This document shows, piece by piece, positions 45,731 through 59,496 of a stretch of DNA of 64,000 nt; the stretch's first letter is position 1; each line of letters begins with the position of its first letter. The DNA comes from Mustelus asterias (Eukaryota). The DNA lies in the NCBI RefSeq assembly GCF_964213995.1, contig NC_135812.1, forward strand, positions 19,468,001 to 19,532,000, read 5' to 3'. Made by a program: the position numbers and the translations under genes. The notes under the pieces are model-generated. The model was not told the origin of the DNA and did not search any database. It saw nothing but the letters and a program-made list of their open reading frames with translations.

Positions 45731-48700
45731 CATTCTTCTAAACTCCAGCGAATATAATCCTAACTGACTCAATCTTTCCTCATAAGTCAGTCCCGCCATT
45801 CCAGGAATCAGTCTGGTAAACCTTCTGCATTCCCTCTATAGCAAGAACATCCTTCCTCAGACAAGGAGACCAAAACTGCACACAATATTCCTGGTGTGGC
45901 CTCACCAAGGCCCTGTATAATTCCAGCCAGTCATCCCTGCTTCTGCACTTGAATCCTCTCACAATGAAGGCCAACATACCATTTGCTTTTTTTACTGCCA
46001 GTTGCATCTGCATGCTTATCTTCAGCAGCTGGTGTGTAAGGATACCTAGGTCTCATCACACATTTCCCTCTCTTAGTTTATAGCTATTCAGATAATAAAT
46101 AATGTCTTCCCGTTTTTGCTACCAAAGTGGATAATCTCACATTTGACTGCACTGATCCTGCATTTGTCCACTCACTCAGCTTGTCCAAATGACACAGAAG
46201 CATTTCCTCACAGCATACCCTCCCATCCAGCTTTGTGTCATTTGCAAATTTGGAGATATTACAGGTGGGATTTTATGGCCTTGCTCAACCCAAGGCCGAA
46301 TAATCCCCCCTGAGGTCAATGGTCATTGTCCACCCTGGTCCGCTCCGATTCCTGTGGCGGGGTGATGGGGCGGTAGAATTCCGTCATACATTTAGTCCCC
46401 TCATCTAAATCATTAATATATATTGTGAATGGCTGGGGTCCTAGAATCAATTCCTGTGGTACACCACTAATCACTGCCTGCCATTTGGAAAAAGACCCAT
46501 TTATTCCTACTCTTTGTTTCCTGTCTGCCAACCAGTTTGTATTCTTCTCAATAAACTGTCCCCATGCACTTTGATACATTGCTTCCACGTGCTTTAATTT
46601 CACATGCTAATCTCTTATGTGGGACTTTGTCAAAAGCCTTCTGAAAGTCCAAATAAACCACATCCAAGTGCTCTGCTATAAAATCTTTAATAATGAACAA
46701 CTGGAATTTTCCCCACTAATGATGTCAGGCTGACTGGCCTATAATTGCCTGGTTTCTCTCTACCCCTCCTGTTTAAATAGTGGGATTACATTAGCTACCC
46801 TCCAATCTGTACGAACTGTTCCAGAGTCTATAGAATCTTGGAACATGCATCCACATATGGAGCAGTAGCCCTCTGGTAGCTTCCCAAAGTGGTTATTCCA
46901 GCCTGACCTTTAAGTGCTGGCAGAATATTTGCGCCACTGTAATAACATTATATAACTCTGCTTACAATTTGTGGAACAAATCTTAACTACTTTATGATAT
47001 TCACTCAAATGTTGTGAACTTTTAGAATTCCCTATCCTCAAGGGCTGTGGATGCTGAGTCAATGAGTGTATTCAAGACTTAGCTCGACTGATTCTCAGTG
47101 CCCAAAAAGCTGAGTTAATGGCTTCAGAGTGGGAAAGTGGGTTCATATAGAAATTTTGCCACAATCTTATTGAATGGCCAAGCAGTCTTGACGGGTCATA
47201 TGGCCGACTCCTGCTCCTATTTCTTACATTCTAGAGATTTTACAACATTGTAGAACTGATTATGACCTCATTAAAACAATACCCAGATCATCTGATGACC
47301 ACCTCTCTGAACCCCTACAATATCTGATTTGTCATACTGCTTTGTGCGAGGTCCAGTAATGGATGAGCAGGAATTTGTTCCAACTGAACATTGTAAAGAC
47401 CAAAGCCAGTGCCCTCAACCTCAACCACAACCCCAAACTCTTTGTCTTAGCCACTGACTCCATCCCTCTGCCTATTGTTAGAGGTTGAATAGATACATTT
47501 GTGTCAAAGCTCCCACCCCTGCCAACAGAGTGTAAGGAGGTAAGACTCTTGTGTATTTCCCACATGGAATGTAAGGAGGCTCTGGACTGTGTATTTTTTC
47601 CCGCCTTGCCCTCCCACGCTCCTCCAACAAGGGTGCAAGGAGTTTGGTATCTGTGCTTCCCCATGCCACACAGAGTGGAAGGAGGCTGGGATCTGAGGTC
47701 AAAGTTGAGGTTACTATCAGATCAGCCATGATCTTATTAAATGTTGGAGCAGGCTCAAGGGGCCGAATGGCCTACTCCTGTTCCTTGTTTGTATCTGCAT
47801 ATTCTTCCCACACAGAGAGCACAAGAAGCTGATGTCAGCATATCCACCTCCCAACTCTATGTCATATTTGACCCCAGGTTGAGTATCCAATTACATACCT
47901 TCTCCATTACCAAGCCCACCTCCGTAACTTTAACTGTTCCCACCCCTGCCTCAGTTCATCTGCAGCTGAAATCTTCATTCATGCCTTTGTTATACATAGA
48001 TGTGCCTATTCCAGTGCTTTTCCTGCCAGCCTCAATGTCTTGAATTTAAATTTATTAAAAACAATTCTGCCCATATTCTAATTTGCTTCAAGACTCATTT
48101 ACGCATCACCCTTGTGCTTACTGACATTCGTTGAATCCCAGTCTAGCATTGCCTCCATTTTAAAATTCTCAATCCCTCCATGGCCTCATCCCTTTCTATT
48201 TCTGTAACCTCCTCCATCCCTGAAAACCTCCAAGATCTCTACAATCTGGCCTCTTGTGCATCCTCAAATTTAATCACTCCATCATCGGTTTTTGATTTAT
48301 TATTGTCACATATATTGGAATATAATGAAAAATATTGTTTCTTGCGCGCTATACAGACAAAGCATACTGTTCATAGAGTACATAGGGGAGAAGGAAAGGA
48401 AAGGGTGCAGAATGTAGTGTTACAGTCATAACTAGTGTAGAGAAAGATCAACTTAATACAAGTTAGGTCCAATCAAAAGTCTGATGGCAGCAGGGAAGAA
48501 GCTGTTCTTGAGTTGGTTGGTATGTGATCTCAGACTTTTGTATCTTTTTCCCAATGGAAGAAGGTGGAAGTGAGTATGTCCGGAGAGTGTGGGATCCTTG
48601 ATTACGCTGGCTGCTTTTCCGAGGCAGCGGGAAGTGTAGTGTGGCTATGCTTTCAGCTGCCCAGTTTCTTCAAGTACCTGTGAAGTACCTTGAGTCATCT

Positions 48701-48855
48701 TACTATGGTGAAGGTACTATAGAAATGCAAGTTGTTGATATCATGTTCAATGCAAAAGAAAAACATCCCATGAAATAAGGAAGATATTCAAATTTGTTGT
48801 AAGTCAAGATCCTTTTGTAGCATTCTTATTTCATCAAACGCCATTGTATCTGCCA

Positions 48856-51800
48856 TAGTAGTACAAGGACTGTACATATAGGGATAACATGGGTCTGAGT
48901 ACAGTCCTGCCCACCCGAACAGTGATGTAATAGGGTACATAGCCCACAAGCTGGGTCAGTTGAGTGCGGGACAGAGTCGTGTGTGCCAGCAGGCATGGAG
49001 GCAACTCCCAGCTTGAATCCTTTACTATATATTTTTAAATAGTTCTAAAAATCAGTAAAGACTTAGTTAACCTACATATGACTACGTAGGCTTCTTCAGA
49101 CCTACTGAACTATAATCAGTGCCCTACAACATGATGGCAGCTTATGTAAAAACCCAAAACACTGCAGAAAATGCAGAGAAAAGCTCAAATGCTGGAAGAC
49201 TGAGAAATAAATTCAGCAAAGTCTGATCTGAAAAGAAGCTCCAGACTCAGAGGTGCAGAGGAAATATTGTGAAAAAAAATACTCCAAAAAAAGGCTTGGA
49301 AGCTGAAGGCAGAGATTTATAACTCCTTGCTGTACAGAAGATTTCATTTCATCTACTTTATAAGTCTAACTTCAAATCCCAGAGCTTAAAAAAGAGGAAT
49401 AGAAAACACCCCAGTAGAACCATTACCTGAGTAAACCACACTATGGCACCTTATAGACTAAGAGCTTTCCAAAATTCCAAAAAATGTATCTTTTTGGAAA
49501 GCCCAACATATCACCCAAACTTCACCAGCAAGTGACAGCTCAGAGAGAACAGCTGACTGTGAGTGAAGAAAAGTGAAATCCAAAATACACAAGCCCTACA
49601 AAAGGAAAATGAAATAAGGCTGGAAAATGTTTGCATCAAAGCTGAATAGGAAGATATCAAACACCAAATTCAAACTGAGTATGTACCTTTGAAAATGCAA
49701 AATAAACTGAAGTTTGAGATCTGAGAAAACAGAGATACTAGGAGGAATAACAAATCTGAATTACATTGTTGGCAAGTCAGAGTGGCAGGTCAGAAAACTC
49801 AACTAGAAGTATAGCTGGACACAACAGCAGGCAGAAAATGCATCCAAAGAAGCCTTGAAGGACTCCATGAAGGGCAAATACATACCACTGTGGAGTTAAA
49901 AAAGAAGCTGAATACTGCTTCATTAAAAGCTGTGTTAGAACAATCAATAGTATCAAAGCAATGCACTAAAGAACAGAGGGAGAAGGCAAGGACTGGACAG
50001 GAAAATAAATAGTTGAAAGAACCGCTAACTGTACTTCAAGATGGAATTCAACAATAGTAAATAACTTTCAGCAATATGAAGAAATAAAGACCACATTGAA
50101 CAGCAGAATGAAGGAATAGTGAAACAAACTTGACGAGATAAATTACAAGAAAACTCAAGACAAAGTAATTTCGCTTTGTAAAGAAAGGGAAAACCTGCTA
50201 AAGGACCTTCACACACTACAAGGATACTTCAGGTCGAACTTTATCCCTCTGGAAAATTACGAAGTGAAGCAAAATAAATTTAATGTTACTCTGAAGGAAC
50301 TGCTGAACCTGGCAAAGACGACTCTAGAATATTCTATATTCCAGGAAGAATAGGTACGAGTTTGAGACTTCAGCGGTAAGGATAATGGAAGAAGACTTGG
50401 AAAAACATTATATTTCCAAATGGAGATGTATGAAGATGGAAATCAAGAACCTGCATTGGCAAAATAAAGTGTAATTTCTCACAAAGAGCATGAAGCATCT
50501 CAGAAACAATTGGCAGAAATGCAACTACAAATGTGAACTTGAAGGATAGTGCAGAGGAATTATGCTCTACTAAGGAAAGACCAATCAGCATAGAGAACCA
50601 ATTTCCATGTGCTCAAGGTGAGTTTGTTAAAGAAGAACGAGAACTGAAAAACTGAGAGCTCTGGAACATTGCCCACAGGAAGTAGAACACTTGAAGGAAG
50701 ACTTAAAACGCACAAATGATGAACTTGTAGAGTCATTAAAGATAGATCTTCAATTAAAACTTGATGAACTTCAAGCTTCAGGAGTCTCTGCTAAGTAAGC
50801 ATCATTTAAATATTCTGGAACAGGAGAAAGAATTGCTGATGCACCAGGACTGTTGCTTGAAAGCAGGATTATTGAACTTGGGTCCAATCTGAACAACACA
50901 AAGGTTGAGAAACACAACATGGAAGAGCAAATCCAGACTGAAAGCAGATAAGAGAAATTTGACAAAACAAATTGATGATCTAACGAGTGTATTGACCGAG
51001 TCCAAAAGAACAGCTAGTGACCATGGAAAAAAGATTCTGAACAGAACTGCAGATTAAGTTGTTAAACCTGGTTGCACAGATAACTCTGAAAAACGACAAC
51101 TCAGCTTGCCACCACAGTTGCTGAGCTAAATGAAAAGATTCATGAGCTTAAAAAAAACGGAAAGAAGAAACAAAATCAAAAATTCGGATCAAATTGTGAA
51201 ACAAGTGGGAACAAGGGTTCCATTTTTGAAACATAAGCTTCCACATATGTCACGATGACAGAAGAAGCGAAGGAAACAACAAGGAGACAAATACAATGCT
51301 CGTCCACTCTACAAGAAATGAGTTTTTTGATTTGATTTATTATTGTCGCACGTATTAGTATACAGTGAAAAATATTGTTTCTTGCACGCTATACAGACAA
51401 ACATACCATACATAGAGAAGGGAAGGAGAGAATGCAGTGTTACAGTCACAGCTAGGGTGTAGAGAAAGCTCAACTTAGTGCAAGGTAGGTCCATTCAAAA
51501 GTCTGACGGCAGCAGGGAAGAAGCTGTTCTGTTGGTACGTGTCCTCAGACTTTTGTATCTTTTTCCTGATGGAAGAAGGTGGAAGAGAGTATGTCCGGAG
51601 TGCATGGGGTCCTTGATTATGTTGGCTGCTTTTCCAAGGCAGTGGGAAGTGTAGACCCAGTCAATGGTTGGGAGGCTGGGAAGTTAGGGTAGCAACCACC
51701 AACCAGCGCAACAGTCAAACTGACCAAGTGCAATTCAACATGAAAGAATGAAAAAAAAGGATGAAAACACATCCAGATGCCAAAACCACCTCCAAACCTA

Positions 51801-52602
51801 CAGGAAGAACCAGCAACGACAAAGCTTGTCACTCTTCTGACAGCAGTGCAAATGAAATATAGAAGAAGAGGGTGGCATGGTGGCACAGTGGTTAGCACTG
51901 GTGCCTCACATGCCAGGGACCTGGGTTCAATTCCGGCCTTCGGTGGCTGTCTGTGTGGAGTTTGCACATTCTCCCCATGTCTGTGTGGGTTTCCTCCAGG
52001 TGCTCCCGTTTCCTCCCACACTCCGAAGGTGTGTGAGTTAAGTTGATTGGCCATGCTAAATTGCCCCTTAGAGTCAGGGGGGAAAGCAGGATAAATATGT
52101 GAGGTTACAGGGATAGGGCCTTGGTGGGATTATTTTCGATGCAGGTTCGATAGGCCAAATGGCCTCCTTCTGCACTGTAGTGATTCTATGATTATAAGGC
52201 CACCAGACCTCCTAAATCTTTGAAACAAGGAGTTGAAGGGATAATGTAGTAATAACAATGTAAATATATGATGGTAATAATAACGTAAGGCATACGGTAA
52301 AATGTAATCACTTAAAATACACTGGATAAAGACTTTGAGGGGTTGGGTGTAGTATAAGGTTGGAGAACATATAGTATTAATCTGGACTGAGTACAATAGA
52401 GCCCTCACAGTGATGTAACAGAACACATGATCTGCACCCAGGGTCAGTTTAGTTAGACTGAGCTGTGAGTACCAGCAAGAATGGAGACACTTCTTAGCTT
52501 GTGACCTTTTTGTCTATATTTGTAAAATCCACAAAGACTTACCTATGAGTGGCTACAAGGACTTCTTCAGACCTACTGACCTGTAACCAGCATCTTACAA
52601 AA
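48856..52602 (+). mobile_element. Ancient non-autonomous LTR element with a decayed coiled-coil internal region
   Basis: Diverged direct repeats at about 48856-49131 and 52348-52602 share CAGTGATGTAA, GGGTCAGTT and CTTCTTCAGACCTACTGA. PBS-like TGATGGCAGC follows the first; G-rich PPT-like TGAGGGGTTGGG precedes the second. Confidence 0.65.
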
Positions 52603-53686
52603 ATCATAACTATAATTTGACATTCTGGTATCAGCCTAATAATCTACACTGAACCTTTTCCACAAACATGCTTTCTTTCTGTAATGGGGGAGGGGGCACA
52701 AACTCCTCACTATACTGTAACCTAACCAACATTATATACTGTTTCAGTAACGCTTCCTTTTAGTCAGGGCACATGCATTTTTACTTCAAAGATTTGCGTC
52801 TAAGGGCTAGATTTTTTGAGAATAGGTTGGGAGAAGGTTGGCAAAATGGTGCGGAAAGGCTTCAGGATGTGTGTCCTACACCTTCCTGCTGCCCTAGCAA
52901 CCTCTCAGCAGACTTCGGGGATGGGGAGCCTCCGCTTTGGACACCACATAGTCCATCAAGGAACTCCAATCAGAAATGGCTGCCCTGATGGCATCATGCT
53001 TTCTACTCCCAACCATTGGCCACCCCCCCTCCTCCACCCCCTCTGCCCCACCACCACCACCGTGATCTCCAGCATTCGTAGACCCCACTTACACATCTTC
53101 AATGGCGCATGGCCACCATTGTTCCCTCATCTTCCGGATGCAGCCAGAGCAATGGCTACCTCTAGCAGTAGTGTTGCTGAGGCACCAGGCCCTCAGTTTG
53201 GGCCAGCAGCTTTCAAGCTTCAACCACCATACTTAATAGGATGGCAGCCCAGGAGGCAACCAATCAAATGGCTGCCTCCTGGGCTGCCACTTGGGCTACC
53301 GTCCAATTAAGTGCAGTCATGGTGGTAGGACTTCACCACCTCCGAAATATTCTGATTTATATTCCTGAATCTCACTGCTGCATTCTATTGAAAATTATAC
53401 AATTTAAGCTGTAATTTTATTTTCTGTTCCTTTCCCGAAACTTCAGGATCAGGATGTTGAACTGTTTCACTGTTTGCACATTTGGAACTTGTTTTAGAAT
53501 GTCATTGTTCATTCTGCTGTTTTGTCAGTGATCAATAACAAGCTGCATACTTCTCATTTTTCCACATGAAACTTTATCATGCAAAACACTTCACAAAACA
53601 TTTGGTTTTTAAAGCATTAAATTAGTTTCATTTATGGTGTGTGCAAAAGACAAACATTATTATATTGCAATCATTTCTTTTTTCAG

Positions 53687-53819
53687 GTGGGTGGGTTATG
53701 AACAGCAGAACTTCTGTGGTGAGATGTTCATGTTGGAGAAGGGGGAATATCCTCGATGGGATTCCTGGTCCAATAGCTATCGCACCGACTGTATGATGTC
53801 TTTCAGACCCGTCAAAATG
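53687..53819 (+). CDS. CRYBB1: betaB1-like crystallin, exon 4 (133 nt)
   Basis: [46 protein letters not shown] / GTAAGA boundaries. Confidence 0.95.
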
Positions 53820-54199
53820 GTAAGAAGAGATTTACTGCAAGGTTTTATATCGTATTTCTGTAATGAATTCCATTACAAAGACGGAAAGTTGATTGCGGGC
53901 TATTTATGGGCATGGGGACTGTGGTCTGCGATCTGTCCATTCCCGTTGAGCTGAGGATGACAGCACACAAACCTGGTGCTGGATGCTTGCTGACCTGATT
54001 GTAGCAATGGTCTGAGTGGGGCTGAGGTGCTGCTGCTTTAACACTCAGCAAGGGCTGAGCACAATATGCTAACAATATGTGTTGCAACCCGTTTTCTTCT
54101 CTTAAAGGGTTGTCTACTCCTCTTAAAGGTGAGCTGCACTCAGTGTAAGGGAGCTGCTGATGGCTGTCTGTACTGGCACTGATTACATGTAGGAGCTGC

Positions 54200-55915
54200 A
54201 CAGATAGAGCATCAGGGAAAGATAATCCTAGCTTCATTGATGAGGCACTGGAGGCATTTCTGGTGGAGGTGGGCAGGGGAACAGAAGTCATGTTTCAGTG
54301 AGGGACAGGAGGCCCTGAACAACCCTCTGTCGGGAATGGGAGTGGAAGATCAATGCTTAGGAATCCTGCCTCCCAGTCCTGGAAACAATGCCACAAGAAT
54401 TTGGTTGTCCTCGTGTGGGTGGTTAAGGTCAGGGAATGCATCTTCACACGACATCTCCTCGGCACTGTGCCACCAGCCTTTCACGCTGCTCAATACGCAG
54501 CACCCCCATCACTCAACCATCCCTGGCACTCGTGTTTCACACGTACTATTTAGATACTCCTTCTGACCCTCACACACATTCACCCATTGATAGCAACATC
54601 TCAGCAAGCTCCCACTACTTGCAGCTGTGGGAAGCATCAACCAAACACGGTGGAATATAATCACTGCCCTCTCAGTTGCAGGACAAGGTGAATCACAATG
54701 GAAAGGAGAACAGCAGAACTGACTGAGGATAAGGACATTTTGTCTTTCCTGAGCTCTACAGAGGAAATGGTTCCAAGCACCCTGGGGCTGGCTGTGACGG
54801 AGCCTCAGGCAGACAGTACCACTGAGAGCATAGAGGATGACAATATCTTCCTGCCTCTTGTTCCTTCTCAAGCTCACCATCATCCTGCTATCTGGTATGA
54901 TGTGTAAGCTGCTGCTGGTGCGAGCATAGCTGTCTTGCTTTACAACCCATCACCGTTTCCAACCTCCCCCTTTCCCATTCTCAGCTTTTAGGCACCCAAG
55001 AACTGTTGCCTGCCCAGCCAGGAGGGAAAGAGAAAACACAATGCCACGTTGGTGAAGAAGCATCGTCATTTAATCTGACACCCTCAGCCACTAACTCAAA
55101 TATTGGCACTGCATGTACCTCTGTTGCTAGTACCAAATTGGGATCAGTATGTGACACGTCATCCAGCGTGAATGGGCTGCAGGGGTCAAGGATGGTTCAC
55201 ATGACAACTCTTTGGAAGGAGAGGTTACAGCTGACTTCTTATACAGGAGACTCAGATGAAGGTACATCAAAATGCTGGACGCCTGGTCTGCCATACAGTC
55301 TTCTGTGACTGTCAAGCCATTTGGAAGAGTCTGGCTCCAACTTGGCATTGCACAGATTTTCCCTTGCTGCAGTCCCTGCTTCACCTTCTTGTCATGTTGC
55401 AGGCTCAGAGACGCTAACTACAGCCCCATACCTGTTGCAGCCTTTGTGTGGACAGGTTACTAAATCCACTGTCCTCCCTGTGACAATGCACTGTCTGCTA
55501 AATCCAACAACTCAGCACAACACCTCCAGAAATGGTCCAGAACATTTCCAGAGATGTTGCAATGGCAGAAGTTAGTGTAAATAGCTTCTCCTGCAATTTG
55601 GGTCTTGGCATTTTAAATAACAGCAGTGGACCCCACTTGCAGCTGTTTGCATACTCTTTGGTGTGAAACAGGCAGATGCAATGAATGGATTTGCGATGTG
55701 CCAGTTTGTAAATTGTGCATCAAATCAGCTGGACGAAATAAGCTGGCCAAGTGGGACACTTTTGCTACTTGCTTCCATGCCTGTATTAGCACCCTAATGA
55801 GCGTGGGACAACATGCATGTTGTGCTGGAGATGACAGGAGCACTGTGCAGCCCACTCAGAGTGCCTTCAACTTCTGTAGCTGCCTGCAGAACTATGGCTC
55901 TAAATTTTGGGCCCA
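54200..55915 (+). mobile_element. Decayed Harbinger-type transposon carrying a Myb/SANT-like gene remnant
   Basis: PSFIDEALEAFLVEVGRG.EVMF* and SWKQCHKNL resemble the Harbinger Myb/SANT protein N-terminus. AATTTTGGGCCC TIR-like end at about 55902-55913. Confidence 0.55.
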
Positions 55916-56154
55916 ATGAATACAACTTTCTTTTTTAAATTACGTCTTGCTATTTAAAATGGACATTAAATCTTTAATCATTAAATCTTTAGCATATAAT
56001 TGCCAAGAAAATTGGAAGAAGTTATAACATTGGATAATATATAACATCTATATTATAGAATTAAACAACAGGACTTTGATGATGGTAATCTCTGGTTAAC
56101 TAATTGACACAGAGGTAAACTGGTTCTGGAGGTAAATGCATGGCTAAAAGCGTC

Positions 56155-56214
56155 ATGTTGGAAGGATGGGTTCCAGCTTCAAGAATGTTGGAAGGATGGG
56201 TTCCAGCTTCAAGA
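56155..56214. repeat. Perfect 30-bp tandem duplication
   Basis: ATGTTGGAAGGATGGGTTCCAGCTTCAAGA x2. Confidence 0.95.
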
Positions 56215-57235
56215 CAGATTGACACCAGTTTTAATACATTACAGAGCTGGACTGATAGGATGGGCTGCATCTAAATTGGTCTGAGACGAAGGAAATATAG
56301 GACTTCAAAGATTTTTAAATAGCAATGAGTTCAAATGGATTTAATAGTAACCTAAAGATAAGAAAAAGAGAGAAGAGAGCAAAATTGGCCTTCCTGCATC
56401 CATGTACATTCCCACTGTCCCTATTTGGACAGCGGAGGTCATCCACCAATGCACTGCTTCCCATACAATTAAGCTCGCAGGTCCAATATCAAAGCGCACA
56501 GGTTCAGGAGCTGGAAATAGTCCCAACATCAGGTTCCTGAAGTCCAGGGAAAAATCTAGCTCACTCTGACAGTAACAAGAAATGACATAGCCAGCAAAGA
56601 GATAGAATGACCCCAGAAGGGATTATTCATATTTCAGGCCACCAAATACGGGAAAGGAAGTGATGGGAGAACTATATAGGCCTATATATAAGTGAATAAG
56701 ATGGAATCATGATCATGGAAGATTTCAGCTGCTACCACATAAACTGACAGGAAAAGGGATTGAAAAGGCAGGAGTGATGAGTTTTTACAGGGTGTACAAG
56801 ATTTTTTATTCAATGACCAGAATTCTCCCAAAAAAATTCGAAGTGTTGAATTCGCGGGAAAACTGGAATAATTCAAGTTGTTTTTTTCAATGGAAGTTCA
56901 CACTGGAATCTCCCACATTCTGTGCAATGCAGAGGCCACCAGCATGAATATCATTAGATTTTAGGATGGCAGGGCTAGAAAATTAGCATGGCGGGGTGGG
57001 AGAATCGCCCCCCCAATATGTCTGAAATGCAACAAGGGAGGAAGCATTGCTCGTGATGGGTAATGAACCGAAACAGAGAAGAGGAGGTGTAAGCATGAGA
57101 GAACAGCTTGGGATTTGTGATCACAATGTAAGGTTTAAGACTTACTTTAGAAGAAGCCAGAAATAAAATTGTACATTTCTGATAAATAATGCAATGAAAT
57201 CACTTAGAATTCTTAAAACTGCAAAATCATTATAG

Positions 57236-57378
57236 GATGGACAGGACCACAAAATATGTCTTCATGAATGCGCCAACTTTGATGGAAGAAAAATGGAGAT
57301 CTGTGATGAGGACATTCCCAGCCTGTGGGCCTATGGTTTCCAAGACAGAGTTGCCAGTATTAGAGTCATTGGTGGAAC
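57236..57378 (+). CDS. CRYBB1: betaB1-like crystallin, exon 5 (143 nt)
   Basis: [51 protein letters not shown] / GTGAGT boundaries. Confidence 0.95.
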
Positions 57379-59496
57379 GTGAGTAGCAATCCTTTCCTCA
57401 TTTAAAAAAAATTGGAACTTGTGTCTGGAAAATTTGAAAAAAGAATGAAACTTATCTTCAGTATTTCAAATTAATGACATTTCAGTATTAGTTTTACAGT
57501 ATACAAGAAGAACAGCTCAGTATACTGCCCAAAAGGAAAAGAGGAGGCTGTAAAACAGGAGATGGGAAAGAAACAAAGACATGGCCAAGCAGATTTTTTA
57601 AGAAAAGCAAGGAAGTTGGCAAGTGGTCTCGTGATATTATCGCTAGACTATTAATCCAGAAACTCAACTAATGCTCTGGGGACCCATGTTCGAATCCCAC
57701 CATGGCAGGTGGTGGAATTTGAATTTAATAAAAAATATCTGTAATTAAGAATCTACTGATGACCATGAAATCATTGTCGATTGTCAGAAAAACCCATCTG
57801 GTTCACTAATGTCCTTTTGGGAAGGAAATCTGCCGTCCTTACCTGGTCTGGCCTACATGTGACTCCAGAACCACAGCAGTTTGGTTGGCTCTCAACTGCC
57901 CTCTGAAATAGCCTAACAAGCCACTCAGTCATATCAATCAAGGGCAACTCAGGATGGGCAGTAAATGCTGGCCAGCCAGCAATGCCCATGTCCCACGAAT
58001 GAATAAAAGAAAAGTTCGGTTTTGCACAAGACTTCAGAAGTGAAGTGAAGCCACACAGAGTGGCTGAAAGATCTGCCTCTGCTGATTGTGTGAGGGGAAT
58101 TGTAGATAGGGAGCAATCCTGAGGGAAGATTGTGAACTGGGACATAAAAGAGGCATAAGGTGGGAGTAGGACCTTGAGAAATTGAGAATGAATGTAAGGA
58201 CCTTGAAGGAAAGAAGTGATGGGGTACACAAGTTTGTTTGGAAGAGAACTCATGGAACTGTAACAGTTGGAGGGTGTGATGGTAGGGAGAAAATGGACAC
58301 TTGAGAAACAATGCTGCTATTAGTTCAGTTCCGAAGTTTAAAACAAATACATACTTGATAAAATTTACCTCTGGTTTGGATGATAATTTTAAAGAGGCCA
58401 TGAAATAATTTAAGCAGGAAACAAAACACTTTGAACGGTCTTTACACACTCAATAATAGGCCATGAGTACAAATTTCATGACATTGTACACGTTCATACT
58501 TCTTCCTTTCAGAATGCATTCAGTCTATTTACGTAAAAAGGAGTAATTTTTCACCAAGGCTTTTCCTTGTTTTATTGTTTGAATGAACAGGACTTTTTGT
58601 TTTATATTTCCTGTTGCTTTTCCACTTCCACGTTGTTTCCCTCTAGCTATAAGAGTTAGATTGTCTGGCAGGACTCTGTCTGTCTCTCCCTCCCGCCCCT
58701 GCCCCGCCCGCCCCATCCGCCCCGCCCCAACCCCTGTGGTGTGTTTCTTAGTAGAGGGAAGTGGCCTGCCATTGGCTGACAATGGATCTTCTGGTCCCGC
58801 CACTGTCAATGGGATTTCCTATTGATCCACCCCCCCACTGCCAGGAAACTCTTGTGTGAGTCTGGGAGAGGGGAGGGTTGCACCGTCGACAGGACTGGAA
58901 GATTCTGCCAGTGGGAAAATCTCACCCAATATCTTTTCACAGCTTGTGTCAGCGTTAATTTTTTGCCAATCAATAGCTATTGTCCATCAATAAATTATAA
59001 GTAAATCTTAATAGTTTGTGTGCCTTTATCGGTGTTATATTTATCCACATATAACATGGAAGCCATACACCATTTTACAGGAAATATATACTGGGAGGGG
59101 CGGGGAGGCAATTTTCTGTACCCCCTGCAGTGTGTCTCTTGGCGGTGGGAGACGGCCCACCATTGGCCGGCAACAGGATCTTGTAGTCCCACCACTGTCA
59201 ATGGGAGTTCCTATTGAATCCACCCCCTCTGCTGCTGGGACATGGAGAAGATCCAACTGGCGGGAAGAGCCAGCAGATTCCACCCACTGTTTGTACAAAG
59301 AAATGCAGTTGTACCAATTTGAGAGTAAGCCGTATCAATACTGGCTTCTCTATTATTGAATATTTTTGTTCCTTTTCAACAATACATGAATTGATACAGA
59401 AGCAGTGTTGAGTCATTATATCTTATCCAATGTGTACAAGTCGCAGCATTCACTGAAGACTATAATCAATTATTCTGTTCTTTTTGCACTTTATAG

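Larger units (their letters stand above)
42545..46850 (-). mobile_element. CR1 LINE remnant interrupted by the Penelope element
   Basis: CR1 peptides on both sides (NLFNQRLVSLWNLLP; KKANGMLAFI..YCVQFWSP; WLADRKQRVGING..SGVPQ) are collinear across the TSD. Confidence 0.85.
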
